This document shows positions 55,789 through 64,000 of a DNA stretch of 64,000 bases, in pieces. Position 1 is the first letter of the stretch; every line of letters begins with the position of its first letter. The notes below the pieces were generated by a model. It saw only the letters and a list, made by a program, of their open reading frames with translations, made no database searches and was not told the DNA's origin. The translations under genes and the position numbers were made by a program. This stretch comes from Hyalangium minutum. GTDB lineage: Bacteria; Myxococcota; Myxococcia; Myxococcales; Myxococcaceae. The DNA lies in assembly GCF_000737315.1 (NCBI RefSeq), contig NZ_JMCB01000009.1, positions 248,001 through 312,000 of the forward strand. Direction: 5' to 3'.

Positions 55789-57681
55789 ATGTCCAAGAAA
55801 ATCCTCATCGTCGAAAGTGACTCTGCCCTCTCTTCCTCCCTGCGAGAGGCGCTCGAAGCCAGGGGTTTCGCGGTGGACGAAACCACCGACGGTAAGGGAA
55901 GCGTGGAGCAGATCCGGCGCGATCGCCCGGACCTCGTGGTGCTCGCGGTGGATCTGTCCGGTGGACAGAACGGCTACCTGATCTGCGGCAAGCTGAAGAA
56001 GGACGACGATCTCAAGAACGTCCCCATCGTCATCATCGGCAACCCGGACGGGTTCGCCGCGCACCGCAAGCTCAAGGCCCACGCGGACGAGTACGTGGCC
56101 AAGCCGGTGGACTCGGACCAGCTGGTGGACCGGGTGGGAGCGCTGATCGGCTTTCCTGAAGTCGTCGTCGGCGAGGTGGTCGAGGACGAGGGCCTCACGC
56201 TGGATGGGCTGACGGACGATGAGCCCATGGATGAGCCCCTCTCGCAAGACGAGCCCCTCGCCGAGGAGATCGCCGTCGAGAGTGAGCCGATCGCCAGCGC
56301 GAGCGAAGACCTGGACATGCTCGACGAGGCCTTCAGTGACATGGCCGGCACGGACAGCTCCACGGAGGAGGAGCCCGTGGTGGCGCCTCCAGAGGCCTCG
56401 GGGAATGACGAGGAGCTCGACGCGCTCGACAACCTGGGCAAGGACGCCGAGGACGCGCTGGACTCGCTGGGCGACGACGAAGAGAAGACGCAGATCGGCT
56501 TCATGGCGCCGGTGGTGCCGCTGACGCCCGCGCCGATTCCGGATCCGCCGAGGACGCCCTCGCGGCCCGCGATGACGCTGCCGGCGGTGCCGGCCCCAAG
56601 CTCCACCTCCAAGTCCACGGCGGTGTCCGCGCCGGCGATGTCCGCGGCGGATGCGGCCGAGCTGCGCAACCTGCGCGCGAAGGTGGCGGAGCTGCAGAGC
56701 GCCCTGTCGGATGCGGAGGCTCAGGCCTCCACCGCGGAGAGCCGCGTCCAGGAGCTCGAGGGCAAGCTAGAGACCCAGACCTCGGAGCTGGAAACGGCCA
56801 GGTCCGCGGCGGGCAAGAGCGACAAGGACTCGTTCGCGCTCAAGGACGCGGTCAACAAGAAGGACAAGGAGCTCCTCAGGCTCAAGAGCGAGATCAACCT
56901 CAAGGAGCAGGAGAAGGACAAGGAGATCTCCCGGCTCAAGGGCGAGCTGACGCAGAAGGAGCACGACTTCGTCGAGCTGCAGGACAAGCAGCTGGAGCTG
57001 GAGCGGCAGCACACCGAGTCCGCTGCGGAGATGGCCCGCCGCGACGCGCAGATCAAGACGCTGACCACCCGGGCGGATCAGCTCACCGCGGACAAGAAGA
57101 AGGTGGAGGTGCAGCTCACCGCCGCGAAGGAGGAGGCCCGCAGTGCCTCCTCGAAGCTCACCGCCCTGCAGGCCGAGGTGGACGCGCACCAGCAGCAACA
57201 GTCCGCGGTGGAGACAGAGCTGGAGGACCTGCGTGGCAGAGTCGGCCAGCTCGAGTCCGAGCTCGAGACGGCGCGCGGCGAGGCCAGCGAGCTGCGGGGC
57301 CAGGCTGAGAGCGCCCGCGAGGAGACGAGCGAGCTGCGCGGCCAGCTGGAGGCCGTGCAGTCCGAGCTGGAGACGGCTAAGAGCGACGCGGAGATGGCCC
57401 GCACCGAGCTGGAGACGGTCCGCACCGAGCTGGAAACGGTCCGCACCGAGCTGGAGGGCCAGGCCGCCACCGCCGCCGAGGAGGCCGAGGGCCTGCGCAG
57501 GCGCATCTCCGAGCTGGAGGAGGCGGCGGTGCGCAACGAGGAGCGCGTGACGAAGCTCTACACGCGCATCAAGAACGACGAGAAGCTCCGCGAGCGCGCG
57601 AAGAAGGCGCTCGGCATCGCCCATCAGCTCCTGGAGGAGGCTCCCTCCGCCACGGAGGAGGCGGACGAGGCCGCGGCCTGA
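55789..57681 (+). CDS. frzS: FrzS, pseudo-receiver plus long coiled coil (S-motility regulator)
   Basis: MSKKILIVESDS...RPDLVVLAVDLSGGQNGYLICGKLKKDDDLK (Ala at the phospho-Asp position), acidic linker, coiled coil. Confidence 0.95.
   Translation: MSKKILIVESDSALSSSLREALEARGFAVDETTDGKGSVEQIRRDRPDLVVLAVDLSGGQNGYLICGKLKKDDDLKNVPIVIIGNPDGFAAHRKLKAHADEYVAKPVDSDQLVDRVGALIGFPEVVVGEVVEDEGLTLDGLTDDEPMDEPLSQDEPLAEEIAVESEPIASASEDLDMLDEAFSDMAGTDSSTEEEPVVAPPEASGNDEELDALDNLGKDAEDALDSLGDDEEKTQIGFMAPVVPLTPAPIPDPPRTPSRPAMTLPAVPAPSSTSKSTAVSAPAMSAADAAELRNLRAKVAELQSALSDAEAQASTAESRVQELEGKLETQTSELETARSAAGKSDKDSFALKDAVNKKDKELLRLKSEINLKEQEKDKEISRLKGELTQKEHDFVELQDKQLELERQHTESAAEMARRDAQIKTLTTRADQLTADKKKVEVQLTAAKEEARSASSKLTALQAEVDAHQQQQSAVETELEDLRGRVGQLESELETARGEASELRGQAESAREETSELRGQLEAVQSELETAKSDAEMARTELETVRTELETVRTELEGQAATAAEEAEGLRRRISELEEAAVRNEERVTKLYTRIKNDEKLRERAKKALGIAHQLLEEAPSATEEADEAAA
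57400..57456 (+). repeat. 21-nt (heptad) tandem repeat x2.7 in the FrzS coiled coil
   Basis: cgcaccgagctggagacggtc / cgcaccgagctggaaacggtc / cgcaccgagctggag = RTELETV repeats. Confidence 0.85.
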
Positions 57682-57696
57682 GTCCCCTCCCCCACG

Positions 57697-57721
57697 GGCC
57701 CCGGGCTGTAGCGCCGGGGCC
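57697..57721. terminator. GC hairpin between convergent genes
   Basis: ggccccgg - 9-nt loop - ccggggcc; no U-tract. Confidence 0.4.
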
Positions 57722-57735
57722 TGCAGCGCCGGGAA

Positions 57736-58878
57736 CTACTTCTCTTCCTTCTTCGGCGTCTCCTTCTTCTCCATCAGCTTCTTGGCGAAGGTGGCCACGC
57801 CCGCGGGCACGTTGCGGTCACGCGACAGATCCTTCAGCTCGCCGTCGCGCAGCGTGTTGAGGAACTTCATCACCACCGTGAGCGGCACCTTGGGGTTCTT
57901 CACGAGCGCCAGCTTGATCTTCTGGTTCTTCGTCCACTCACGGTTGCCGTAGATGATGCGCAGCACCTCTTCGTTCACCGCGCGGTTCATGGCGCACGCG
58001 AGCACCTCGCCGTCGGTGATACGCGGGCTGCGGATCACCGCCGTGCACACCAGCTTGTTGGAGTCACGCAGCAGCAGCGTGCGCGCCTCCTTGTTGCCCA
58101 GCGTCCCCAGCTTGATCTTCTCGGCGATGCTCATCTTCATGATGCGCTGGGTGAGGTTCTGCTTCTTGGCCTCCTCCATCGGAGGGGCGTTCTCGTCCTG
58201 CTCCGAGGCGCCGTCCGCCTGCAGGTCCGCCATCACCTGCTCGGCCGTGGGGCCGGGATCCGGCGGCGCCGCGACGGCCTGAGGCCCGAACAGGCGCACC
58301 CGCGCCGCCTGCATCTGCGGCACATCCGCCAGCACGAGGCCGCTGCGCACCGCGAAGTCACACACCGAGTCGATCAGCGCGGCGCTGGCGTTCGGGTTGC
58401 TGCACAGCCCGCGGATGACGTTCTCGTGGCGCAGCAGGCGCAGCTGGTTCTGGCCGACGATCTCCGCCAGCTTCGCGCTGCAGGTGGACGCCATGTCCGC
58501 CACCGCCTCGTCGGGCGTGGTGGGGTTGAGGACCAGCATCTCCGCGTAGAGGTCCTTCTCCTTCAGCAGCCCCAGGAACCAGCCGAGCACCGGGGCCTGG
58601 ACGCCCTCATCGCGGAGCGCCGAGCTGAGGATCTTGTCCGGCAGCCCCACGGCGGACTTGGCCGCCGTGTCGCGCACGTTCTGCTCCGCGTCGTACGTGA
58701 GCATGTACAGCGCGCCCAGCATGTCCGAGGGATTGAGCGGTACCAGCGTCTTGGCCGCCATCATCCGCAGCGGCACCGGCGCGGCCGGATCCACATGCTT
58801 GCGCATGTTGGGCGGCAGGAACTCGGAGTTGAACGGACAGCCCGCCGGAGCGGGAGGAACGGGCGAGGCAGTCGTCAT
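57736..58878 (-). CDS. Conserved helical-repeat hypothetical protein
   Basis: ATG 58878 overlaps the coaX stop; [29 protein letters not shown]...SPRIT...ALVKNPKVP. Confidence 0.8.
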   Translation of the reverse strand: MTTASPVPPAPAGCPFNSEFLPPNMRKHVDPAAPVPLRMMAAKTLVPLNPSDMLGALYMLTYDAEQNVRDTAAKSAVGLPDKILSSALRDEGVQAPVLGWFLGLLKEKDLYAEMLVLNPTTPDEAVADMASTCSAKLAEIVGQNQLRLLRHENVIRGLCSNPNASAALIDSVCDFAVRSGLVLADVPQMQAARVRLFGPQAVAAPPDPGPTAEQVMADLQADGASEQDENAPPMEEAKKQNLTQRIMKMSIAEKIKLGTLGNKEARTLLLRDSNKLVCTAVIRSPRITDGEVLACAMNRAVNEEVLRIIYGNREWTKNQKIKLALVKNPKVPLTVVMKFLNTLRDGELKDLSRDRNVPAGVATFAKKLMEKKETPKKEEK

Positions 58879-59648
58879 GACGCGTGATTCCTTCCGTAGA
58901 TGATGCGCAGCCCCTCGAGCGTGAGGAACTCGTCGACTTCTTGAATGGCCTTGGACTCGCTGGCCACCAGCGGCGCCAAGCCGCCCGTGGCCACCACGCG
59001 CACGGGGAACCCCAGCTCCGTCTGCATCCGGTCGCAGATGCCGTCCACCAGCCCCACGTAACCGTAGACGAAGCCGGACTGCATGGAGTGCACGGTGTTG
59101 CGGCCCACCACGTGCGGAGGCCGGGCGAACTCCACCCTCGGCAGCTTCGAGGCGTTCTGGAACAGCGCCTCCATGGAGATGTTGATGCCCGGGCAGATGG
59201 CCCCGCCCAGGTACTCGCCCTTGGGAGACACCGCATCGAACGTGGTGGCCGTGCCGAAGTCCACGACGATGAGCCCCGCGTGGTGCTTCTCGTACGCGGC
59301 CACCGAGTTGACGATCCGGTCCGCGCCCACCTCGCGCGGGTTGTCGTAGAGGATGGGCATGCCCGTCTTCACGCCGGGCCCCACGAACATGGGCCGCGCC
59401 TTGAAGTAGCGCTCGCTCATCTTCTCCAGGTTGAACTGGAGCGGCGGCACCACGCTGGACACCGCCACGGAGTTCACCTTGTCCGGATCGATGCCGCTGT
59501 ACTGGCAGCACTGGCGAACGAAGATGCCGTACTCGTCATAGGTGCGGCGGGCATTGGTCTCCATGCGCCAGTGCGCCAGGAGCTTCTTGCCGTCGTACAC
59601 CCCAAACACGGTGTTGGTATTGCCGACGTCGATCGCGAGGAGCATCAC
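58875..59648 (-). CDS. coaX: Type III pantothenate kinase
   Basis: [40 protein letters not shown]. Confidence 0.96.
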   Translation of the reverse strand: MMLLAIDVGNTNTVFGVYDGKKLLAHWRMETNARRTYDEYGIFVRQCCQYSGIDPDKVNSVAVSSVVPPLQFNLEKMSERYFKARPMFVGPGVKTGMPILYDNPREVGADRIVNSVAAYEKHHAGLIVVDFGTATTFDAVSPKGEYLGGAICPGINISMEALFQNASKLPRVEFARPPHVVGRNTVHSMQSGFVYGYVGLVDGICDRMQTELGFPVRVVATGGLAPLVASESKAIQEVDEFLTLEGLRIIYGRNHAS

Positions 59649-59687
59649 ACGCGCACTTTACCGCGAAGGCGCCTGCCGGGGACTTCT

Positions 59688-60761
59688 TCAGGAGGGACTG
59701 GCCCCCCGGGTACGAAGCCGCTCCACATCGCCCGAGAGCACCCGCTCGACCGAGCCGTCCTCCGTCCGCACCAGGAGCGCACCCGAGGCGTCAATGTCCT
59801 CGGCCCGTCCCCGGAATTCCCGGCGATCCGTGCGGACCCGCACGTCCTGCCCCAGCGTGGAGGACAGCTCCTTCCACCGTTGCCGGACTGCGGCGAAGCC
59901 CACCTCCTGGTGCAGATCCAGCCACTCTTCCAGCCGGTTCCACAAAGAGGCGGCCAACAGCGCCCGGGGTACCCGCTGTCCGCGCACCATCGCCAGCGAG
60001 GTGGCCGTGTCGCGCAGGTCCTCCGGGAAGTGCTCCGGCTGAGCGTTGAGGTTCACCCCCACCCCGAGCACCACGAAGTGCACGCGGTCGGGCTCGGCGG
60101 ACAGCTCCGTGAGGATGCCCGCCACCTTGCGCCCATCGATCTGGACGTCGTTGGGCCACTTGATGAAGGCCTCGCCGCCGGCCTCGCGCAGCACCTCGGT
60201 GAGCGCTACGGCGGCCACCAGCGTCAGCTCGGGCGCGCGTTGCGGCGGCAGCTCCGGACGGAGGATGGCGGAGAAGTACAGGTTGAGCCCCGGCGGAGAC
60301 ACCCACACGCGGCCACGGCGGCCCTTGCCCGCCGTCTGCTGCTCCGTCACCACCACCTCGCCGTGCTCGGCGCCGTCATGCGCCAGCCGGAACGCCAGCT
60401 CGTTCGTGGAGCCAAGCGTCTCGTGGAAGTGGATGGCGCGGCCCAGATCGTGCGTGGACAGCAGCGGCGCCAGCTCCAGCTGCGTGAGCCGATCCGGGAC
60501 TTCGACCAGCCGGTAGCCGCGCGCGGGCACGGCCTCGATGCGGTAACCCTTGCCGCGCAGCGCCTCCACGTGCTTCCACACGGCGGTGCGCGACAGGCCC
60601 AGCTTGCTGGAGAGCGCTTCGCCAGAGGTGAAGTCCTCGCCGCTCTCGGCGAGGAAGCCCAGGATCAATTCTTCCTGTGTCTGCTCGGCAGTCTCGGGAG
60701 CCACGCGCGGCCTCTTCGGGAAAGGGACGTTCAGGGTACGGAGCGCCGCCTCGGCACGCAA
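59688..60761 (-). CDS. birA: Bifunctional biotin-[ACC] ligase/repressor
   Basis: HTH TSGEALSSKLGLSRTAVWKHV; GSTN, EQQTAGKGRRGRVW, KWPND, KVAGIL, GVGVN. Start may be GTG 60704. Confidence 0.95.
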   Translation of the reverse strand: MRAEAALRTLNVPFPKRPRVAPETAEQTQEELILGFLAESGEDFTSGEALSSKLGLSRTAVWKHVEALRGKGYRIEAVPARGYRLVEVPDRLTQLELAPLLSTHDLGRAIHFHETLGSTNELAFRLAHDGAEHGEVVVTEQQTAGKGRRGRVWVSPPGLNLYFSAILRPELPPQRAPELTLVAAVALTEVLREAGGEAFIKWPNDVQIDGRKVAGILTELSAEPDRVHFVVLGVGVNLNAQPEHFPEDLRDTATSLAMVRGQRVPRALLAASLWNRLEEWLDLHQEVGFAAVRQRWKELSSTLGQDVRVRTDRREFRGRAEDIDASGALLVRTEDGSVERVLSGDVERLRTRGASPS

Positions 60762-60810
60762 CGGACCCTGACCGCTCGGGAAGAAGCCTGCCTGTCCGCC
60801 TGCTCAGCGG

Positions 60811-62130
60811 CTAACTGCGCAGCACCCCAGGCCCCTCTTCAATCCGGATAACCTGGGTAGGAGAACGTGTGCTGGCCAGCCCGTCGATCCACTTCACCGC
60901 GGACTGGACGTCCTGCTCGCGGGCCGAGTGGCTGAAGACGACGATGGTGGCGTGGGGATCCTCGGGCCGGGACGGGCGCTGGATGACGGAGGCCAGGCTG
61001 ACGCCCTTCTCGCCGAGCACCGTGGCGATGCGCCCGAGCACTCCGGGCTCGTCGCTCACGGAGAAGCGCAGGTAGTACGGGCCGCGCCGCTGGGTGGAGG
61101 GGATGAGGGACACGTCCTGGAGGTACGGCGAGCACAGCATGGGCAGCCGGCCCGAGACGCCCGCCAGCAGGTTGCGGCAGATGTCGATGATGTCCGAGAC
61201 CACGGCACTGCCGGTGGGCAGCGAGCCCGCGCCAAGCCCCGAGAACAGCGAGGCTCCCAACGCCGCCGACTGGAGCAGCACCGCGTTGAAGGCGCCGCGC
61301 ACGTCCGCCAGCGGGCTGGCCTGGGGGATGAAGGCCGGGTGCACGCGCACGTCCAGGCCCTCGGACAGGCGCCGGGCGGTGGCCAGCAGCTTGAGCACAT
61401 AGCCCGCCTCGCGGCCCAGGGTGATGTCCACCGGGCGCAGCGAGGTGATGCCCTCCACGTGCACCTGCTCGGGAGACACGCGCGCGGCGAACGCCAGCGA
61501 GGCCAGCAGGCACAGCTTCTGCGCCGCGTCCATGCCACCCACGTCCATCGTGGGGTCCGCCTCGGCAAAGCCCAGCTTCTGCGCCTGAGCGAGCGCGTCC
61601 TCGTACGTGGCGCCCTCATCGGCCATGGCCGAGAGGATGAAGTTGGTCGTCCCGTTCACGATGCCGTGGATGGAGGACACGCGGTCCGACGCCAGGGCCT
61701 CGCGCAGGGTGCGGATGATGGGGATGCCGCCACAGACGGCACCCTCGAAGTGCAGGTCCACGCCGCGCGAGAGCGCCTGCGAGAACAGCTGCTCCCCGTG
61801 CGCATTGAGCAGGGCCTTGTTGGCGGTGACGACGTTGCGGCCGGAGGCGATGGAGCGCTCCAGGTACTCCTTCGCGGGAGCCAGTCCGCCCATGACCTCC
61901 ACGACGATGGACACCTCGGGGTCATTCAGGATGGTGCCAATGTCCCGGGTGATGAGCGAGGCGGGCACGTCCTCGGGCCGGGAGCGTCCCCCGTCCCTCA
62001 CCAGGATGTGACGCACGCGGACCTTCGCCCCGAGGCGCCGCTCGATGTCACGGGCATGGTCAGCAAGGATCCGGTACGTCCCGAGCCCTACGTTGCCCAG
62101 GCCCAGCAGCGCGATGCCAATCTCTTTCAT
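60811..62130 (-). CDS. hom: Homoserine dehydrogenase with ACT domain
   Basis: LLGLGNVG, VVTANK, FEGAVCGGIP, GIVNGTTN, GFAEADP, DAAQK; ACT SDEPGVLGRIA. Confidence 0.96.
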   Translation of the reverse strand: MKEIGIALLGLGNVGLGTYRILADHARDIERRLGAKVRVRHILVRDGGRSRPEDVPASLITRDIGTILNDPEVSIVVEVMGGLAPAKEYLERSIASGRNVVTANKALLNAHGEQLFSQALSRGVDLHFEGAVCGGIPIIRTLREALASDRVSSIHGIVNGTTNFILSAMADEGATYEDALAQAQKLGFAEADPTMDVGGMDAAQKLCLLASLAFAARVSPEQVHVEGITSLRPVDITLGREAGYVLKLLATARRLSEGLDVRVHPAFIPQASPLADVRGAFNAVLLQSAALGASLFSGLGAGSLPTGSAVVSDIIDICRNLLAGVSGRLPMLCSPYLQDVSLIPSTQRRGPYYLRFSVSDEPGVLGRIATVLGEKGVSLASVIQRPSRPEDPHATIVVFSHSAREQDVQSAVKWIDGLASTRSPTQVIRIEEGPGVLRS

Positions 62131-62138
62131 ATGCTCCC

Positions 62139-62735
62139 TCAGCCCTGCCCAGGCTTCTGGACCTGGTAGGACGTCAGCTCCAGCCACGTCTGCGGAATGC
62201 GCCGGCCGCCGCGCTCGGCATCCACCTGAATGCGGACCAGGCCCACGCCGGGCGCGAAGGTGAAGGTGTTGACCAGGGTGGTCTCCTGGTCCACGCGGTT
62301 GCGGGCCTCCACCCGGACACAGTCCTGGAACGTCCCCGCCGGGGCCTCGCAGGGGATACCGGCCTGGACGATCTCATAGCGCTCGGTGGAGGAGACGGAC
62401 ACCACGTTGCTCCACGAGCGCCCCGGCTCCACGGGCCCGCGCAGCAGGTAGCGCTTCTGATCGCGGATCCCGAAGCTGTCCACCATGAGCTGGCCGCCCT
62501 GGCTGTCGTGGAAGAAGCCCTCCTCTTCCTTGAGGATCTTCACGTCCACGTTCTTGTCGCCGCGGCCATTGACCCGGTAGCTCCAGCGGTTGCCCACCGC
62601 CAGCGGGTAGTAGTCGCTCAGGTGGGCCGAGTCCCTCGGCTTCTCCTCCACCGGTGCCGGCGTGCTCGCACAGCCACCCCACCCCAAGGCCAGGGTCACC
62701 AGGACCAGGCCGCCCACCACTGAAGAAACCTTCAT
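62139..62735 (-). CDS. Hypothetical lipoprotein (beta-rich)
   Basis: MKVSS...WGGC lipobox-like; YYPLAVGNRWSY and FAPGVGLV motifs. Confidence 0.75.
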   Translation of the reverse strand: MKVSSVVGGLVLVTLALGWGGCASTPAPVEEKPRDSAHLSDYYPLAVGNRWSYRVNGRGDKNVDVKILKEEEGFFHDSQGGQLMVDSFGIRDQKRYLLRGPVEPGRSWSNVVSVSSTERYEIVQAGIPCEAPAGTFQDCVRVEARNRVDQETTLVNTFTFAPGVGLVRIQVDAERGGRRIPQTWLELTSYQVQKPGQG

Positions 62736-62736
62736 C

Positions 62737-63651
62737 TCAATGCTCCGCGTGTTCCGGCCCACGCGCCTCGGGTGTCGAGTGCTTGCGTGAAGCGTAGAGT
62801 GTGTCCAGTGCCTGCTGCGCCGCGGCCTGGATGGTGGGCTGATCGTGCCCCTGTGCCACGGTGTAGAGGTACGCCTCCGCCTCCGTACCGCCGATCTCTC
62901 CCAGCGCGAAGACGATCTCCTGCAGGAATCCCACGTCCTTGCCTCGGGACAAATCAATCAGCGCGGGCACGGCGCTCGCCGCGCGCATCTCCACCAGCGC
63001 GCCAATGGCCCGCCGCACCGTGTCCGGGTCGGACGACTTGAGCTGCTCGAGGAGCAGGGGCGCGGCGGCCGGGTGGCGGCGCTCGGCCAGGGTGCGCAGG
63101 GCGAACTCGCGGACGCGCGGATCCGAGGTCTGGAGATCCTGCACCAGCGCGCCGCTGTCCCGATCCACCGCGGACAGCTGCAGCACGGCCGACTCGGTCA
63201 CCTGGCGCAGCGCGCCCTCGAGCGCCTCGCGCAGCGCCGTGCGCCGCGCCCCGGGCGTCTCGTTGAGCATGCGAATCTCTCCCAGGCCGACCACCTCATA
63301 GCGCTCGGGCAGGTCGCCGCCGAAGCGCTCCAGCACCAGCGTGGCGCCGACCTCGGCGTAGGTGTGCTGGCCGTCGTCCTTCAGCACCTCGCGGGTGAAG
63401 GGCAGCTCCAACGTGATGCGCCAGGGGCGCTGCTGGCCCAGCGACTTGCCCTCGGTGAACTCGAAGCGCTTGCGCGCCTCCAGGGACTGGCGGAGCAGGG
63501 CCTTCACCTGCTCGGGCCCCAGCCCCAGCTGGGAGTTGTCCGTCAGCGTGGCGCCAGAGAGGCGCATCTCCTCGACCGGGTAGCGTGGCCCCGGGTCGCG
63601 ACAGGCACCCAGCAGCAGGACACAGGCGGTGAGGAGCAGGGCCGACTTCAT
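62737..63651 (-). CDS. Lipoprotein with C-terminal HEAT repeats
   Basis: MKSALLLTACVLLLGAC lipobox; VREFALRTLAE, VRRAIGALVE, EIVFALGEIG. Confidence 0.82.
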   Translation of the reverse strand: MKSALLLTACVLLLGACRDPGPRYPVEEMRLSGATLTDNSQLGLGPEQVKALLRQSLEARKRFEFTEGKSLGQQRPWRITLELPFTREVLKDDGQHTYAEVGATLVLERFGGDLPERYEVVGLGEIRMLNETPGARRTALREALEGALRQVTESAVLQLSAVDRDSGALVQDLQTSDPRVREFALRTLAERRHPAAAPLLLEQLKSSDPDTVRRAIGALVEMRAASAVPALIDLSRGKDVGFLQEIVFALGEIGGTEAEAYLYTVAQGHDQPTIQAAAQQALDTLYASRKHSTPEARGPEHAEH

Positions 63652-63698
63652 GGCCCTCTTAAGGTACTCCACTCCACCCGCCCGCGTCCCAAGTTGCG

Positions 63699-64000
63699 TC
63701 AGGAGGGACTCCCCTCGGACGAGCCGCTACTCGGTGGAGGTGGGGGTGGCTCCGACGCCCGGGGAGCCTCTGCCCCCGAGGAAGGCGCACTCTCACCCCC
63801 CGAAGGAGCAGCCGAGGCGGACGCGGAGCCCTCCGAAGGCGCTCCTCCCGCGGCGGCCGCACCCGGGGCTCCAGGGGCACCCTGCGCCCCACCCTCAGCA
63901 CCCTTGCTGCCACGGCCGCGACGGCCCCGGCGGCGGCGGCGGCGGCGCTTGCGGTCTCCCGGAGCGGCGCCTCCCTCGGCGGGAGCAGCCCCCTCGGGAC
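63699..64000 (-). CDS. C-terminal fragment of a protein with an Arg-rich disordered tail
   Basis: Hand translation: ...GDRKRRRRRRRGRRGRGSKG...EPPPPPPSSGSSEGSPS*, stop at 63699-63701; continues beyond the window. Confidence 0.6.
   Translation of the reverse strand, partial: PEGAAPAEGGAAPGDRKRRRRRRRGRRGRGSKGAEGGAQGAPGAPGAAAAGGAPSEGSASASAAPSGGESAPSSGAEAPRASEPPPPPPSSGSSEGSPS

Noticed and set aside
58879-59511. 5' extension of the 57736 ORF (591 aa)
   Set aside because: Out-of-frame overlap with coaX.
1-64000. tRNA, rRNA, transposase or integrase genes
   Set aside because: None recognised. Intergenic gaps are short (mostly under 250 bp) with no cloverleaf or terminal-inverted-repeat signature by eye; a covariance-model scan was not run.

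Overview
High-GC myxobacterial chromosomal window (Myxococcales/Cystobacterineae-like, judged from a near-canonical frz locus). The right part (~42.5-64 kb) is a conserved core block: frzF-frzG-frzE-frzCD-frzB-frzA, divergent frzZ, a radical SAM gene, ald, ECF sigma rpoE1 with its anti-sigma, frzS, coaX, birA and hom. The left part is more accessory. At 1-16.2 kb, three Ser/Thr-kinase signalling genes (kinase-TPR; kinase-AAA-GAF-His kinase; kinase-receiver-degenerate class III cyclase) surround a tightly coupled, uncharacterised four-gene operon of two acetoacetate-decarboxylase-like proteins and two paralogous ~700-aa flavoenzymes. At 16-26 kb are an MBL hydrolase, a hemB-linked operon ending in a tandem ATP-grasp protein, an ABC operon with a HAD deoxyribonucleotidase, and a Cys-cluster protein. 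At 26.5-35.2 kb is an AT-richer island encoding an Ig/cadherin-repeat lipoprotein and a 2072-aa lipoprotein-signal teneurin-like NHL/YD(RHS) protein with an unrecognised C-terminal tip and no evident immunity gene. The best candidates for an undescribed system are the ADC/flavoenzyme operon with its flanking kinases and the adhesin/teneurin-like toxin pair. No rRNA, tRNA, CRISPR array, transposase or integrase was seen. All assignments come from motif reading and recall; no database search was run.
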